Shown here: one piece after another, positions 12,666 through 26,080 of the stretch
Position numbering within the stretch: position 1 is the first letter of the stretch
Layout: each line of letters opens with the position of its first letter
Assembly (NCBI GenBank): GCA_040954595.2
Contig: CM082589.2
Location: 7,499,186-7,563,185 of the forward strand
DNA from: Balanoglossus misakiensis
Lineage: Eukaryota; Animalia; Hemichordata
DNA length: 64,000 nucleotides
Direction of reading: 5' to 3'
The notes under the pieces: generated by a model
Told to the model about the DNA's origin: nothing
Seen by the model: the letters and a program-made list of their open reading frames with translations, nothing else
Database searches by the model: none
Translations under genes and position numbers: made by a program

Positions 12666-13811
12666 ACATTTCTTTGAATATATAGTTTGCAGCCTGTTGT
12701 GGTCTTTATTGTATTATGTCAGCAGTGTTTAACTTGTATTTATTCGAAGTGTAATATTAATTTGAAGATGAAAAGAAGTAAAGTGTACTGTCTTTAATTG
12801 TTCAATATCAATAAAACAGGCGAATAAATATATCAACATTCCACTTAACCGTAAGGAACTTCTCATGTGATTTAAAGTCTTAAATTCATGTCTGGCTGAG
12901 ATGTAGTCAGTAAAGTTGTTTAATGCAAACGGAAATATATTATGTTTGAATGGGTCTGTAGCAAAAAAAAAGAATCACGGTCAAGGTATAGGTTTACGTT
13001 CAATGAGTTATGGAAACACTTCTGGCCAAGATTAAGCTTTATATTTAGTTAATATATAGTTCCCCTTGATATATTTAATCTCACCAGTAAATAGAACTAA
13101 CGAATGACATCGCATAATATCGAACCACAATTTTTTTTATAATGAATCATTTTTCCCCAGTGCTATTTATATATTTTTTATGCCGAATCTATTAAAGATC
13201 TCGTGAATATAGTGGTTAGATATAACTACTGGTACATATACATGTACTGTACAACTACGGTTTGGTTTATTGAAAATACTTTGAACATTTTACTGTCAAA
13301 GTTCATATCACCAGTAAGCAAATCCTGTTAGATTGTGGCGGCAATAACACAGTAAGTATATAGATATGCAATAGAGGGGATACAGCATGCGCATGGGGTA
13401 AATAATGGTCTATACATGACAGAGGTATTAGATTGACCTCCAGATGTTGCTTGAAAAAGGGACTAAGGTATATTGTATGCTTGAATAAGGGCTTGCCTGG
13501 GCTATCTAGTAGTTAAATTCAAGCATATGTTAGGGTTAGGTGTGGTGAGACTGGATCGAATGGAAGCAAAGGACAGTTATAGCTCCATATTAAGAGTGGG
13601 GGACACATTATCTCTATACTAAGGGGTGAAGGATAGCAACATCTATAAATAAAATGTGAAGGACAGTAATATTGTCCTTCACCCAAAAGCAACATTGCGT
13701 CAATTCAGATTCAGATTCAGGTATTTATGAGAATGCAACATAATCATTTCTGGTCAATTATCGATTCACATTCAGAGGATTAAAAATTCAGAAATGCTCA
13801 AATAAAACGAC

Positions 13812-13891
<80 letters not shown>
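13812..13891. repeat. (ATC)n microsatellite upstream of HNMT copy 4 coding exon 1; shorter homologous tracts at 1373-1403 and 62246-62265
   Basis: Direct observation. Confidence 0.95.
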
Positions 13892-13972
13892 GTGGCGGCG
13901 GCGGTGGTGGTGGTGTTGGTAATTCATTGTGTAGTTTCCTATGCCGCCATTTTGTCAAAAAAATACAGCACG

Positions 13973-16353
13973 ATGCAAGATGTTAAGGCACTGGTTCATT
14001 TCCAAGAGGATTATTTTCGTGGGCTCGAAACGTTACGGAAGTATAACATACACAACCTGTATTTGGAAGAAAGGCAGACAAATACGAGACGTGTTTTTGA
14101 AAGGTTTGAGTTCCAGGGAGACAAACATTCTGAGTTGCAAGTGCTTGGCATAGGAACAGGAGATGGTGAGTATAATGTTGATGTCTGTTGATCTTAATTG
14201 TAGTTAATCAAAGATGATGCATAATATTATCTGCAAACATAAATGTTAGGAGTAGAGAGATAGAACTATTTTTGTATGAACAAGTACAAAGAAAATTGTC
14301 ATCAGCTAGATTGTAATGCTATGTGTAACACAATACTAAGAACAGTTCGTCCCAGACTCAGAATCATATACCGACCAGATCATTGAAATTGTATTGTCTT
14401 TGTATGTGTATAAGAATTCGCCAGTATCATTTGCGGTCAACTTCAGCTCCAGTGTGTACACCATTCTTCGAACTTTTACCGATTCTTGTCTGTCTGTGTC
14501 TTTTCTTGTGTGTGTTTCTATCTATCTGTCAGTTAATTATCGATGTCTCAAGAGTTCCAACAGCTTACGGTCAAAATTTTGTTTGCTTTAGTCAGCTCCC
14601 CTTCGAAAATGTCGCAAGCCTGGATATTGAAAAATAGCAACATTCAATGTCTATAAGTATATGACTTGCTTTGTAGCTTTTGAATCTGACGGTTTCTATG
14701 ATGCAGATGACTTTAAAATTATGCCTGTCAAAACCTAATTTCTATGCCAATGCATGCTGTCTTTCGTCAAATTTAGTATTGATCAATCGAAAAAAGTTGT
14801 TGTTGCATGCTGCATTTGTTTAATAAAGGAGAGATGGTGACGAGCCTAGCATAATGAAATTTATAAAATCTTCAAGTCTAATTGATGAATATTTCTGTGC
14901 ATAATATTTCTGTACCACAAACCTGCCATGATGTTGTTAACATGTTTTGTTTCTAGATTTAGCATTAAATTTCCATTGTGACAATGAAGGTCCAAATTTT
15001 AATCCCATAACAGGTTATATGGATATTCCAATAATTGACACGTTGTGTGGCAAATATCACCACATCAACTTTTATGTTGCGGAACCCGCGGAAAGTGAAG
15101 TTGAAAAGTATAAGACGTTGGTGGCGTCTAAACAGGAACAAGGCCTCTGGATGAATGCCAAGTTTGTATTCCATCGCCCGGGAACTGTTGAAAGTTACCT
15201 CGCAGATGCTAAAGCAGGGAAGATTCAGAAACGGTTTGACATCATTCATCTTCAACACAGCGCCTATCATATAATCAATACCGAAGACATCTTTGAAGAG
15301 CTGTATGGTATTCTCAACACTGGTGGGATGTTATTCAATTTGATGATTGTAGGTAGGTAATATCCAAAAGGTTCCCTCACTTACAAGGGGGCGCGTCTTA
15401 GTCTTTGAATTGCCACTTAAGGGTTGCACTTTTTTTCGCGTGGCAACCCCTGAAAATATATGGCTGGCTAGATGTAAAGTTGCCATTTACGTTCATGTGA
15501 CCATTTGACAACATATAGCAAAGTCGAACAAAACATGTTAGTATACATGAGCACACAATTCCTTTTGGAATGAAGGCGTGTGATCAATGTAATGTGATTC
15601 AAGAATTTCAGTCGATTTGTCCTGATGCGCAACGTGTTGGATAATAGTAGACTACAATCAGTGTCCGTTACCCTCATTGTATGAGCAATGCCATATACAA
15701 GACAATATAGGACCCTAGATAAGTAATAAGGCTCTATTCTCTATGTTTACGTGTCATTAAAAATTTTGGTAAAGCACCCTCGAGTTCAGCTGATCATAAC
15801 ACTGTCTATATCATTTGTTGCTGCGTTTTCTCTTTTTTTGTTTTGCGTCACTGTGCTGAAAATCGCGATGTCACTTTCAAATTTCAATTTTCGTCAAATG
15901 CAAGGGAACATAAACTTAATATGCAAAACTGGCAGAAGTCCACAACTCCTGCGCATGATCATAAGCAGAGGTCATGTCATATTCTTTGTTTCTCTTTTAG
16001 GCCCCTGGGAGAAGATTTATCTGCGAATGGGTAAAATAATCCCTGACCCCTTGGTAGCCAAATTTGGATCTGCTACGCTTCGAGAGATCATACAGCGTCG
16101 AATGCCGAACGTAAAGATCACTGTAGCAAGCCACGCAAACTTCGATGTCTGCATTGACGAGTGCTTCAAAGAAGATTCTGAAGATGGAAATTTGATGCTT
16201 GATTTCCTGTCTCAAGTCCACAACTTCAGACAGGATGCACCAGGGGAGGTGTTCGGTGATTTCATGAATTTCTTTAAAGAGGATTGTTGTTGCAAGGTCG
16301 GCGATAATTTATTTTTTTCCGGGAAAGAGGAAGGCATTGTGATTATTAAGTAG
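13973..16353 (+). CDS. HNMT: HNMT-like methyltransferase, copy 4 (294 aa)
   Basis: Exons 13973-14165, 15014-15352, 16001-16353; same structure; more diverged N-terminus (MQDVKALVHFQEDYFRGLETLRKY). Confidence 0.85.
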
Positions 16354-16559
16354 AAATTTCAGAGTCTTGTAGTTTGCGGTCCGCTGTTTGTGTTAAGTCG
16401 TGGTTGCGTGATGACAGCAAATAATTGCAAAATAAATTCATCGTCGTTTCTAACCAATTGTGGAAAAATGAATTGTAGGCCTAATCGCAGTAGAGTCCAT
16501 CCGGAAGCGCGGGGATTTTAGAACATTCTGGCATGTCTGCACTCATTATATTATCCTTC

Positions 16560-16920
16560 CCGCCTATTGTCAGAATAAGAAAACATTTTGTAGTCAGTAT
16601 GTTTGGTAACGTCGAAAATTACAACAATCTCTAGCTATTGCCAGTGTTTCATAATTTACCGCTGCGCGCGATCTCGCGACCTCAAGTAAACCACCAATGA
16701 AATGACCCGACATTATCGCCGAAACGTGGGCATTTTTCAAATTTCTTGCGCGTTCTGTTACTATCTTTCCAAAATATTGTCAGAGTAACACACCATTTGA
16801 TTGTCAGTATGTTTTGGAACCTCGAAAATTACGAAAAAAACTCTCGTTATCGCCAGTGTTTTCAAGATTTACCACTGCGATCACGCGACCTCAGGTGAAC
16901 CATCGATGAAATGACCCGAC
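16560..16920. repeat. Two-copy imperfect tandem duplication (about 210-bp period)
   Basis: TATTGTCAGA..GTCAGTATGTTT..TCGAAAATTAC..GCCAGTGTTT..CGCGACCTCA..ATGAAATGACCCGAC occurs twice. Confidence 0.75.
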
Positions 16921-17089
16921 CTGACCCAACTTTGCATAACAAAGGTTGGGTCACTTTGTCCAATGAGCGAGCAGTCGTCTCATAGCCTAGATCTGGCGCA
17001 TCACTGTAATGAAAATCAATACGCCGCGATTGAAACTTAAATTTTCGTCAAATCTGCGAAAACATATGCAATAATAACAGAACTCCACG

Positions 17090-17225
17090 ACCTCTGCGCG
17101 CGATCTGTGCCGTACAGAAGTTATTTTCACTCGTAATGCGGAGTATTCTTCCGCTGTATTTTCGCGAGCGAACCGCATCACTCATGAAAATAAATTCTGT
17201 ATGGCAGACATCACGCGCAGAGGCC
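17090..17225. repeat. Imperfect palindromic interspersed repeat, with related fragments at about 38770-38850, 62620-62755 and 63745-63780
   Basis: CCTCTGCGCGCGATCTGTGCCGTACAGAA / TTCTGTATGGCAGACATCACGCGCAGAGG; the motifs TGCGGAGTATTC, CATCACTCGTGAA and GTGCCGTACAGAA recur at the other sites. Confidence 0.6.
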
Positions 17226-17927
17226 ATGAAGTTCTGTCATAGTAAAACTATATGTAAATGTTGATATTTCTGCTAATTCGGGCCAGTTTTAGGTGCTCCA
17301 TAGTCATGATAGTGTCACGCGGCAGAATTTGTGTCAGGGATTATAACGGGGAATTAAACTTTGTCGATGGCTAATACTGAGAGGTACACGGAACCGTGCT
17401 GACGTCAAAATAAATCGTCACGAACACTGGGTATTTATGGTGTCAACTGATGATGAACGAATTTAATGAAATAAGCCTCGAGCAATTGCGTTCTGACTAC
17501 CCGGGATACTCAAAATAAGATGACCTATATCTAAGCTATAGCGCGGGAGGAGTTGGAACTATAACTGTCTATAAGAGGTGGGAGGGGAGTCCTAGGCTGT
17601 TGTCCGGTCATGTGTGGTCTTTCAGCGTCCTTCCACGATCATCCCACAGTCCATATCCAACGTCAGATTGATTACAAGACAATAGTGCACAACGATAACA
17701 TTTTTACAATGACCATGGGGTGTGGCAGAAAGGGGAGGGGGAATTCGAAATTAGGATTAGAAAGGCTGGTACTTGATTAAAAGAAACTAAGTGTGCAAGG
17801 CGGGTCGGAAAAAAAGTCAAACTCTTCTTTCCCCTCAGTCCAGAGCTGTTGTGAATGCTGACTAAAAGATGCAGCTTTTTCCCAGATCCACATTCATTGC
17901 CTCACAAACGTCATTTCATATCACCGT

Positions 17928-20900
17928 ATATTCAATCCTAAAGGGAAAAAATTAGAACTCCTTACCCACCGAACAATCAAGCTGTGATGTCATAAATCTA
18001 TCAAGAATGAAAACTAGGCCTACAACATTCCACCACAAAGCTCAAGTAGGCCTATATATACACATTTTTATCTCAAGTGTCGGTAGGACTAATGTTAAAA
18101 CAGATGAAACTACTAAAGGGAGTACGACGTTACTATGCATCGGTGCAATAAAGTATATCTATACAATATGCAGTCCAAAGATCAAAAGGACTGTTTTGTT
18201 CAACTCAATATTGTCTTGCTACTAAAAAATCTCCTTAGTAAGCAAATCGCATGACTTCAAAGAGACAGGTACGAGCTGGCGCACAAGCAGAGGCGTTCAT
18301 CAAAATGGCTGCAAAGGCGACCACCTTTCTGGAGGAAATCAACGAGAATTTTCTCCTCTGTAGTGTATGCTCACAGCGATACCAGAATGCCAAGATTCTA
18401 CCGTGTCTGCACACCTTCTGTGAGCCCTGTCTGGGTAAACTGGCCGGGGGAGGCCGGTCTATAACCTGCCCGGTGTGTCGGCGGTCACATCAACTGCCCG
18501 TCAACGGTACAACCGGCCTTGACAACAACCCCTTCTTGAACGATTTGGTGGACTTGTTCAAGAAACGAGGCGACAAGCAAGATGATCTGGCAAAATGTGA
18601 AGGCTGCAAGCAAGGGGATCAGGTGAAGCACTGCGTGGAGTGTGCCATCGCCATATGTTCCATTTGTGAAGCCTCGCATAAGGTACTTCCACTTACGAAA
18701 TCGCATCGCCTGACTTCCCTTGACGAGTACCTCTATGCCAAGTCCTCCGATCCGGCGTCAGTGCAGCCTCCAGTCTACTGCACCAAACACCCAAACTACG
18801 AGATCGAATTCTACTGCGATACATGCGACGCGGCCATCTGTCTGAAGTGTACCGTGTTGGACCATCCAATGACACATCACAAATACAGGTGCGTCAAAGA
18901 TGCAGCCACAGAGTACACCAAACATCTGACGGCCATGATTGACAAAGTGAAAATAAAAGAAACGGAAGCAAACGACAGCAAAACAGCCGTGACATTCACC
19001 CTACAATCTCTGGATACGTGCTTCAAGAAAGAAACAAAGAAACTGAAAGATCACACTCAGAAAACCATAGAAGAAACGACTCGTCTTATTACAGAAGATG
19101 ATGACAAACTTCAGACAGAAATGAAGGCCGAATACGACTCCAGAAAAGTCAATTTGAACGCCCAACTTAAAGAACTGGAAATCATGCAGTATGATCTCTC
19201 AAATGCACGAGAATATGCCCAGAAGCTGATGAATTACGGCAACGCTGCACATCTGATGTCGGCCAAAGTTGGAATCTCTACCAAAGTGAAACAATTACTG
19301 AAAGAAGAGAGTAAGTGCGAGCCGAGAGAGAGTGACTACATGGAGTTCAAACCGAGTGGCGACTTCTGCAAGACGAATACCCTCGGTGTAATCCAAACAA
19401 CGATGACGTATTCAATGACGGGTGATGGAGATAACGCCGTAGCCATGGCACCAGGAGACAACAGAGCAGCTTCCAAAGACACGGCAAAATCAGCATCGAA
19501 GGACTTTGATAGTGCTGAAAGGGTGAAAGAGAATAGAAATGGAATAACGACTTTGAAGACTCCTGCAAAAACGAAAGAGACACATGAACTCCCACTGTCG
19601 GTACGTAAGAAAGTAGTACGGGGTTCACCTGAATTAAAGTTAATCCTAAGAAAGGGTTGGCGTGTAGATTCGGGGAGTTTGGTTTAGGGGTTCGGCAGCT
19701 GCAGGGTCCTTATGGGGTCACCCTCACAAGAACAGGAGATGCGTTAGTTTGTGACTTTATTAATCGTAGATTTCAATCTTTCAGTGTAGGTGGAAAACAC
19801 CAGAAAATATTCCAATTTGGAAATATGGGTAATGCATTTAAACCATGCGATGCAGCTGTGTCATTGGATGGAAATATTTTCACAACAGATGAAGGTAATG
19901 AGCAGGTAATTGTGTGTGACGAGAATGGCAAACTGATCAAGTGTTTCGGGAAGGGAATGATTAAATGGCCGATCGGTATTGGTATAAGTCCTGTCAATGG
20001 GAGGGTTTATGTTGTGGATAACAGTGCACACTGTATTCACATCTACGACCAAGATGGAAATCATATCAAGTCATTTGGGAGAGAGGGACGTAAGGACGGT
20101 GAGTTTATCTGTCCACGATTTGTCTCCACTGACAAAAAGGGCAATGTCTATGTATCAGATTCCGGAAACCATCGCATTCAAGTGTTCAATGGTGATGGCC
20201 ACTTCCTGTATACATTCGGCTCCAAGGGAAGTGGTGATGGTCAGCTGTGTTACCCCCTTGGAGTGGCTGTGGATAAAAACGGCCACGTGTATGTCTCAGA
20301 TACCGACAATAACAGAATTGTCAAATATGAATCAGACGGGATATTTGTGTGTCGAGTTGACAGAGACGATGATGGACTCAATGCACCCTTCGGTATCTGT
20401 GTAACGGATGATGAACCACTTTGTAAGGTTCTGGTTGTTGACTATGGAAACAGCTGTGTAAGAGTATTCGCGCAGTAAATAACTATCCATAGATCTCTCA
20501 GTATTAACGTACGAGGTATACAAACATCTGTCCTAGTTGGCGGTGTCAAAGGGGTAAAATCCGCACCTTTTGATATTATTTTGAGAGCAGCTGAACTATG
20601 TTTTTCTCACCCCTTAATGCATATCCATATAGAGTGTACCAAAGCGAACATTCTAATTAGCAAAAAAGCCAAACATCGGAATATATGGCTCCATTACTAG
20701 TCTGTGTACAAATTTTCTTTTTCAACTTTAACCGGAAATGCTGTATTTTATTTATTTTAAAGGAAATGTTTACACAAATAATCTGTATCAACCAATCAGG
20801 TTTTGCTATGAATAATCCGAGACACTATATTTTCTCGTAATACGGAGATTATAATCTTTACACTGTCATGTGTATTGATTAATTTTTTCATAAATTTGTT

Positions 20901-21321
20901 GTAGTTTTGTTCAAATTTCACATGTTCAACATTAGCGGAATTGAACTTCTGGTATGAAACACTTTATTTTATCCTACTGTAAATATCATTGGGTTTTGTG
21001 TACTGAACTAATATAATAAAACAACAAAATTCAAATATCAACATGTGAGTGTCTATCAATATAATAGAAGCCAAAGTACAGTTATGGGACCGAAGCAGAT
21101 TTTTGTGTGTATGTTTCAGATATCCCCTAGCGAAGCGTCAAAAGCGCTGGATGTTTGATGTCGACCACAGGCTAAAATAGTATACTTTTCCCCGGTATAT
21201 ATGCTACCGGTATATGAAATAGTCAAATTGTGACCATCATATGGTGAAGATTTTTGGCACTGTGCAATAGGCCACTTCTTGAAACAGAAAAGCAGATTTC
21301 CCACAGACCTAATAAACATTC
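17928..21321. repeat. Segmental duplication unit A containing TRIM copy A
   Basis: Runs from ATATTCAATCC..AATTAGAACTCC to ..CCACAGACCTAATAAA; matches 22477-26080. Confidence 0.85.
18305..20478 (+). pseudogene. TRIM-NHL E3 ligase copy A, frameshifted: RBCC ORF ends at 19687 and the NHL repeats continue in the -1 frame to 20478
   Basis: ORF 18251..19687 has RING (CSVC..CLHTFCEPC..CPVC), B-box1, B-box2 (CTKH..FYCDTC..ICLKC..DH) and coiled coil; ORF 19657..20478 has NHL repeats (P.GV.V...G.VYVSD..N.RI). Near-identical to intact copy B except a net 4-nt loss near 19631-19644. Likely start ATG 18305 (MAAKATTFL); an upstream in-frame ATG is at 18251. Confidence 0.75.
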
Positions 21322-21946
21322 TGAAAATTGCGTTTAAGATATCAAGATTTAACCTGGTTATCCTATACTCATGGAAAACTACCACGCTACAACAATTAAA
21401 CTACGCGTACGTGCATACATCTAGTGACAACAGCAGCCGGAGAAAATGTCCGATTTGCAATTGGAGTGTGTTATATTTAAAGGTCACTGTGGGATCGTGA
21501 ATCTCGAGGGAAACACTAACGCCCTGCTTCAACTGTAAAGTCTGCATACTAGATTCTGATGATAGACGAATCTGATATGCAACAATTCCGTGAGAGGCAA
21601 ACAGAAGGAAAAAACAACCTATACAGTTGTCCCCATCCCCAATAAAGTCACATAACAGAGGCATGACAACCCTGATAACCACAGGACTGCAGGTCAAAGA
21701 AACTGTGCGCTGTGTGCTTATTTGCCCAGTCAACACTCTAGGTGTAGTAAATACTTTATTTTATCACAATCTCCGAATGCCTCCCTTTATTTGTTTGAAC
21801 ACGTCACCGAATATTGGATTGTGGGTCGTTTATTAGCAAGTTGTGTGTTCGATTCTACCTGCAGGACGATCATAACATTCTGCCAAGATCATCTCTATAA
21901 TTAATATTCGAGAGAAGTCCTGCAGATGCAGCTACAAGGGCTATTC

Positions 21947-21956
<10 letters not shown>

Positions 21957-22012
<56 letters not shown>
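21957..22012. repeat. (CT)n microsatellite
   Basis: Direct observation. Confidence 0.95.
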
Positions 22013-22018
<6 letters not shown>

Positions 22019-22476
22019 CGATGATATAAGTGTAGAGAGCAATATGCTAGCACACACATAATTTCAGCCCATGCCACAGGCATGTGTTCATATGATTCTT
22101 TACAGTCCTGTACATGCAGTTGCTGGAAAGCCTGTCACGTCACTCTGTTCACAGCACTATACACACACGGCAGTCATGTCTAACAGCAATACATGTATAC
22201 CACAGTCTGTACAGAAGTCTCTGAACATCATATATCACAGGGTTGTATCAAGGGCCATCTATACGGGGAGATGTTATTTTGGCTGCGTACGTAATACACG
22301 TACAATGTGCCCATTTTGGTTACACGTGTACATTATGGTAGTATAGTATTCACCTTATACATGACAGTTAGTTTACTTTGTCTCCATGTAAACTTTTCAC
22401 TTTACAAAACGAAATTTTCTCACATTTGAAATTCACAATACAATGTAGTCGCCAATTGCTACGTTGACCTTGCGAG

Positions 22477-25400
22477 ATATTCAATCCCAAAGTAAAAAAT
22501 TAGAACTCCTTACCCACCGAACAATCAAGCTGTAATGTCATAAATCTATCAAGAATGAAAACTAGGCCTACAACATTCCACCACAAAGCTCAAGTAGGCC
22601 AATACACATTTTTATCTCAAGTGTCGGTAGGACTAATGTTAAAACAGATGAAACTACTAAAGGGAGTACGACGTTACTATGCATCGGTGCAATAAAGAAT
22701 ATCTATACAATATGCAGTCCAAAGATCAAAAGGACTGTTTTGTTCAACTCAATATTGTCTTGCTACTAAAAAATCTCCTTAGTAAGCAAATCGCATGACT
22801 TCAAAGAGACAGGTACGAGCTGGCGCACAAGCAGAGGCGTTCATCAAAATGGCTGCAAAGGCGACCACCTTTCTGGAGGAAATCAACGAGAATTTTCTCC
22901 TCTGTAGTGTATGTTCACAGCGATACCAGGATGCCAAGATTCTACCGTGTCTGCACACCTTCTGTGAGCCCTGTCTGGGTAAATTGGCCGGGGGAGGCCG
23001 GTCTATAACCTGCCCGGTGTGTCGGCGGTCACATCAACTGCCCGTCAACGGTACAACCGGCCTTGACAACAACCCCTTCTTGAACGATTTGGTGGACTTG
23101 TTCAAGAAACGAGGCGACAAGCAAGATGATCTGGCAAAATGTGAAAGCTGCAATCAAGGGGATCAGGTGAAGCACTGTGTGGAGTGTGCCCTCGCCATAT
23201 GCTCCATTTGTGAAGCCACGCACAAGGTACTTCCACTTACGAAATCGCATCGCCTGATTTCCCTTGACGAGTACCTCTATGCCAAGTCCTCCGACCCAGC
23301 GTCAGTGCAGCCTCCAGTCTACTGCACCAAACACCCAAACTACGAGATCGAATTCTACTGCGATACATGCGACGCGGCCATCTGTCTGAAGTGTACCGTG
23401 TTGGACCATCCAATGACACATCACAAATACAGGTGCGTCAAAGATGCAGCCACAGAGTACACCAAACATCTGACGGCCATGATTGACAAAGTGAAAATAA
23501 AAGAAACGGAAGCAAACGACAGCAAAACAGCCGTGACATTCACCCTGCAATCTCTGGATACGTGCTTCAAGAAAGAAACAAAGAAACTGAAAGATCACAC
23601 TCAGAAAACCATAGAAGAAACGACTCGTCTTATTACAGAAGATGATGACAAACTTCAGACAGAAATGAAGGCCGAATACGACTCCAGAAAAGTCAATTTG
23701 AACGCCCAACTTAAAGAACTGGAAATCATGCAGTATGATCTCTCAAATGCACGAGAATATGCCCAGAAGCTGATGAATTACGGCAACGCTGCACATATGA
23801 TGTCGGCCAAAGTTGGAATCTCTACCAAAGTGAAACAATTACTGAAAGAAGAGAGTAAGTGCGAGCCGAGAGAGAGTGACTACATTGAGTTCAAACCGAG
23901 TGGCGACTTCTCCAAGACGAAGACCCTCGGTGTAATCCAAACAACGATGACGTATTCAATGACGGGTGATGGAGATAACGCCGTAGCCATGGCACCAGGA
24001 GACAACAGAGCAGCTTCCAAAAACGCGGCAAAATCAGCATCGAAGGACTTTGATAGTGCGGAGAGGGTGAAAGAGAGTAGAAACGGAACAACTTTGAAGA
24101 CTCCTGCAAAGACGAAAGAGACACATGAACTCCCAATGTCGGTACGTAAGAAACCTGTACAGGGATCACCAGTTAGAAGTAACGTGGTTCCTCAGAAAGG
24201 GTTGATGTGTAAATTTGGGGAGTTTGGTTTAGGGGTTCGGCAGCTGCAGGGTCCTTATGGGGTCACCCTCACAAGAACAGGAGATGCGTTAGTTTGTGAC
24301 TTTATTAATCGTAGATTTCAATCTTTCAGTGTAGGTGGAAAACACCAGAAAATATTCCAATTTGGAAATATGGGTAATGCATTTAAACCATGCGATGCAG
24401 CTGTGTCATTGGATGGAAATATTTTCACAACAGATGAAGGTAATGAGCAGGTAATTGTGTGTGACGAGAATGGCAAACTGATCAAGTGTTTCGGGAAGGG
24501 AATGATTAAATGGCCGATCGGTATTGGTATAAGTCCTGTCAATGGGAGGGTTTATGTTGTGGATAACAGTGCACACTGTATTCACATCTACGACCAAGAT
24601 GGAAATCATATCAAGTCATTTGGGAGAGAGGGACGTAAGGACGGTGAGTTTATCTGTCCACGATTTGTCTCCACTGACAAAAAGGGCAATGTCTATGTAT
24701 CAGATTCCGGAAACCATCGCATTCAAGTGTTCAATGGTGATGGCCACTTCCTGTATACATTCGGCTCCAAGGGAAGTGGTGATGGTCAGCTGTGTTACCC
24801 CCGTGGAGTGGCTGTGGATAAACACGGCTACGTGTATGTATCAGATACCGACAATAACAGAATTGTCAAATATGAATCAGACGGGAAATTTGTGTGTCGA
24901 GTTGATAGAGACGATGATGGACTCAATGCACCCTTCGGTATCTGTGTAACAGATGATGAACCACTTTGTAAGGTTCTGGTTGCTGACTATAAAAACCACT
25001 GTGTAAAAATACTTGTGCAGTAAATAACTGTCCAAAGAACGCTATGTATTAACATACAAGCTTGGCGGGGCAAAGGGGCAAAATCCGCAACATTTGATTT
25101 AGTTTTGAATGCAGCTGAACTCTGGTTTACACCTTCGAAAGTATTAGCCATATAAATAGAGTTTTTCAAAGTCAAAATTCTAATTTTAAAACAAATGAGC
25201 AAACATGGAAATATGGTTCCATTACTACTCTATGTAACGAAGTTTTCTTTTTCTACTTCAACCTGTCCGGAAAAGCTATATTTTACTATAAATATTCACA
25301 AAAGTAATCTGTATAAACCAATCAGGTTTTGCTATGAATTTTCCGAGACACTCTGTATTTTATTGTAATACGGAGATTATAATCTTTACACAGTCATGTA

Positions 25401-26080
25401 TGTTGATTAATTATTTTATAAACTTGTTTTAGTTTTGTTCAAATTTCACATTTTCAACATTGAGTGGAATTGAAGTTTTGGTATAAAACACTTTACTTTA
25501 TCGTATTGGAAATACCATTGCGTTTGGTGTACTTTTTCAACTTCAACCGGAAAAGCTGCTTTTGACTATAAATAGTCACAACCAATCAAGTTTTAATTGC
25601 TAATATTCCGAAAAACGGATACTATCTGTGTCAACTTCGAAGATAAAAATCTTTACACTGTCATGTATATTGAACCTTTCTTAAACTTGTCTTAGTTTTG
25701 TTTACATTTCCAAATGTTTAACATGAGTGACATTGAAGTTTTGGTGTTTTGTGTACTGAACTAATATAATAAAACAACAAAATTCAAATATCAACATGTG
25801 AGTGTCTATCAATATAATAGAAGCCAAAGTACAGTTATGGGACCGAAGCAGATTTGTGTGTGTATGTTTCAGATATCCCCTAGCGAAGCGTCAAAAGCGC
25901 TGGATGTTTGATGTCGACCACAGGCTAAAATTGTATAATTTTCCCCGGCTTTCGGCGATATGCTACCGGTATATGAAATAGTCAAATTGTGACCATCATA
26001 TGGTGAAGATTTTTGGCACTGTGCAATAGGCCACTTCTTGAAACAGAAAAGCAGATTTCCCACAGACCTAATAAATATTC
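22477..26080. repeat. Segmental duplication unit B containing TRIM copy B
   Basis: Direct copy of 17928-21321 including about 370 bp upstream and the 3' flank. Confidence 0.85.
22849..25023 (+). CDS. TRIM-NHL (RING, 2 B-boxes, coiled coil, NHL beta-propeller) E3 ubiquitin ligase copy B, intronless CDS
   Basis: Single ORF 22795..25023 (742 aa; likely start 22849) with C3HC4 RING, two B-boxes, coiled coil, a charged low-complexity linker and C-terminal NHL repeats; TRIM2/3/56/71-like architecture. Confidence 0.9.
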   Translation: MAAKATTFLEEINENFLLCSVCSQRYQDAKILPCLHTFCEPCLGKLAGGGRSITCPVCRRSHQLPVNGTTGLDNNPFLNDLVDLFKKRGDKQDDLAKCESCNQGDQVKHCVECALAICSICEATHKVLPLTKSHRLISLDEYLYAKSSDPASVQPPVYCTKHPNYEIEFYCDTCDAAICLKCTVLDHPMTHHKYRCVKDAATEYTKHLTAMIDKVKIKETEANDSKTAVTFTLQSLDTCFKKETKKLKDHTQKTIEETTRLITEDDDKLQTEMKAEYDSRKVNLNAQLKELEIMQYDLSNAREYAQKLMNYGNAAHMMSAKVGISTKVKQLLKEESKCEPRESDYIEFKPSGDFSKTKTLGVIQTTMTYSMTGDGDNAVAMAPGDNRAASKNAAKSASKDFDSAERVKESRNGTTLKTPAKTKETHELPMSVRKKPVQGSPVRSNVVPQKGLMCKFGEFGLGVRQLQGPYGVTLTRTGDALVCDFINRRFQSFSVGGKHQKIFQFGNMGNAFKPCDAAVSLDGNIFTTDEGNEQVIVCDENGKLIKCFGKGMIKWPIGIGISPVNGRVYVVDNSAHCIHIYDQDGNHIKSFGREGRKDGEFICPRFVSTDKKGNVYVSDSGNHRIQVFNGDGHFLYTFGSKGSGDGQLCYPRGVAVDKHGYVYVSDTDNNRIVKYESDGKFVCRVDRDDDGLNAPFGICVTDDEPLCKVLVADYKNHCVKILVQ

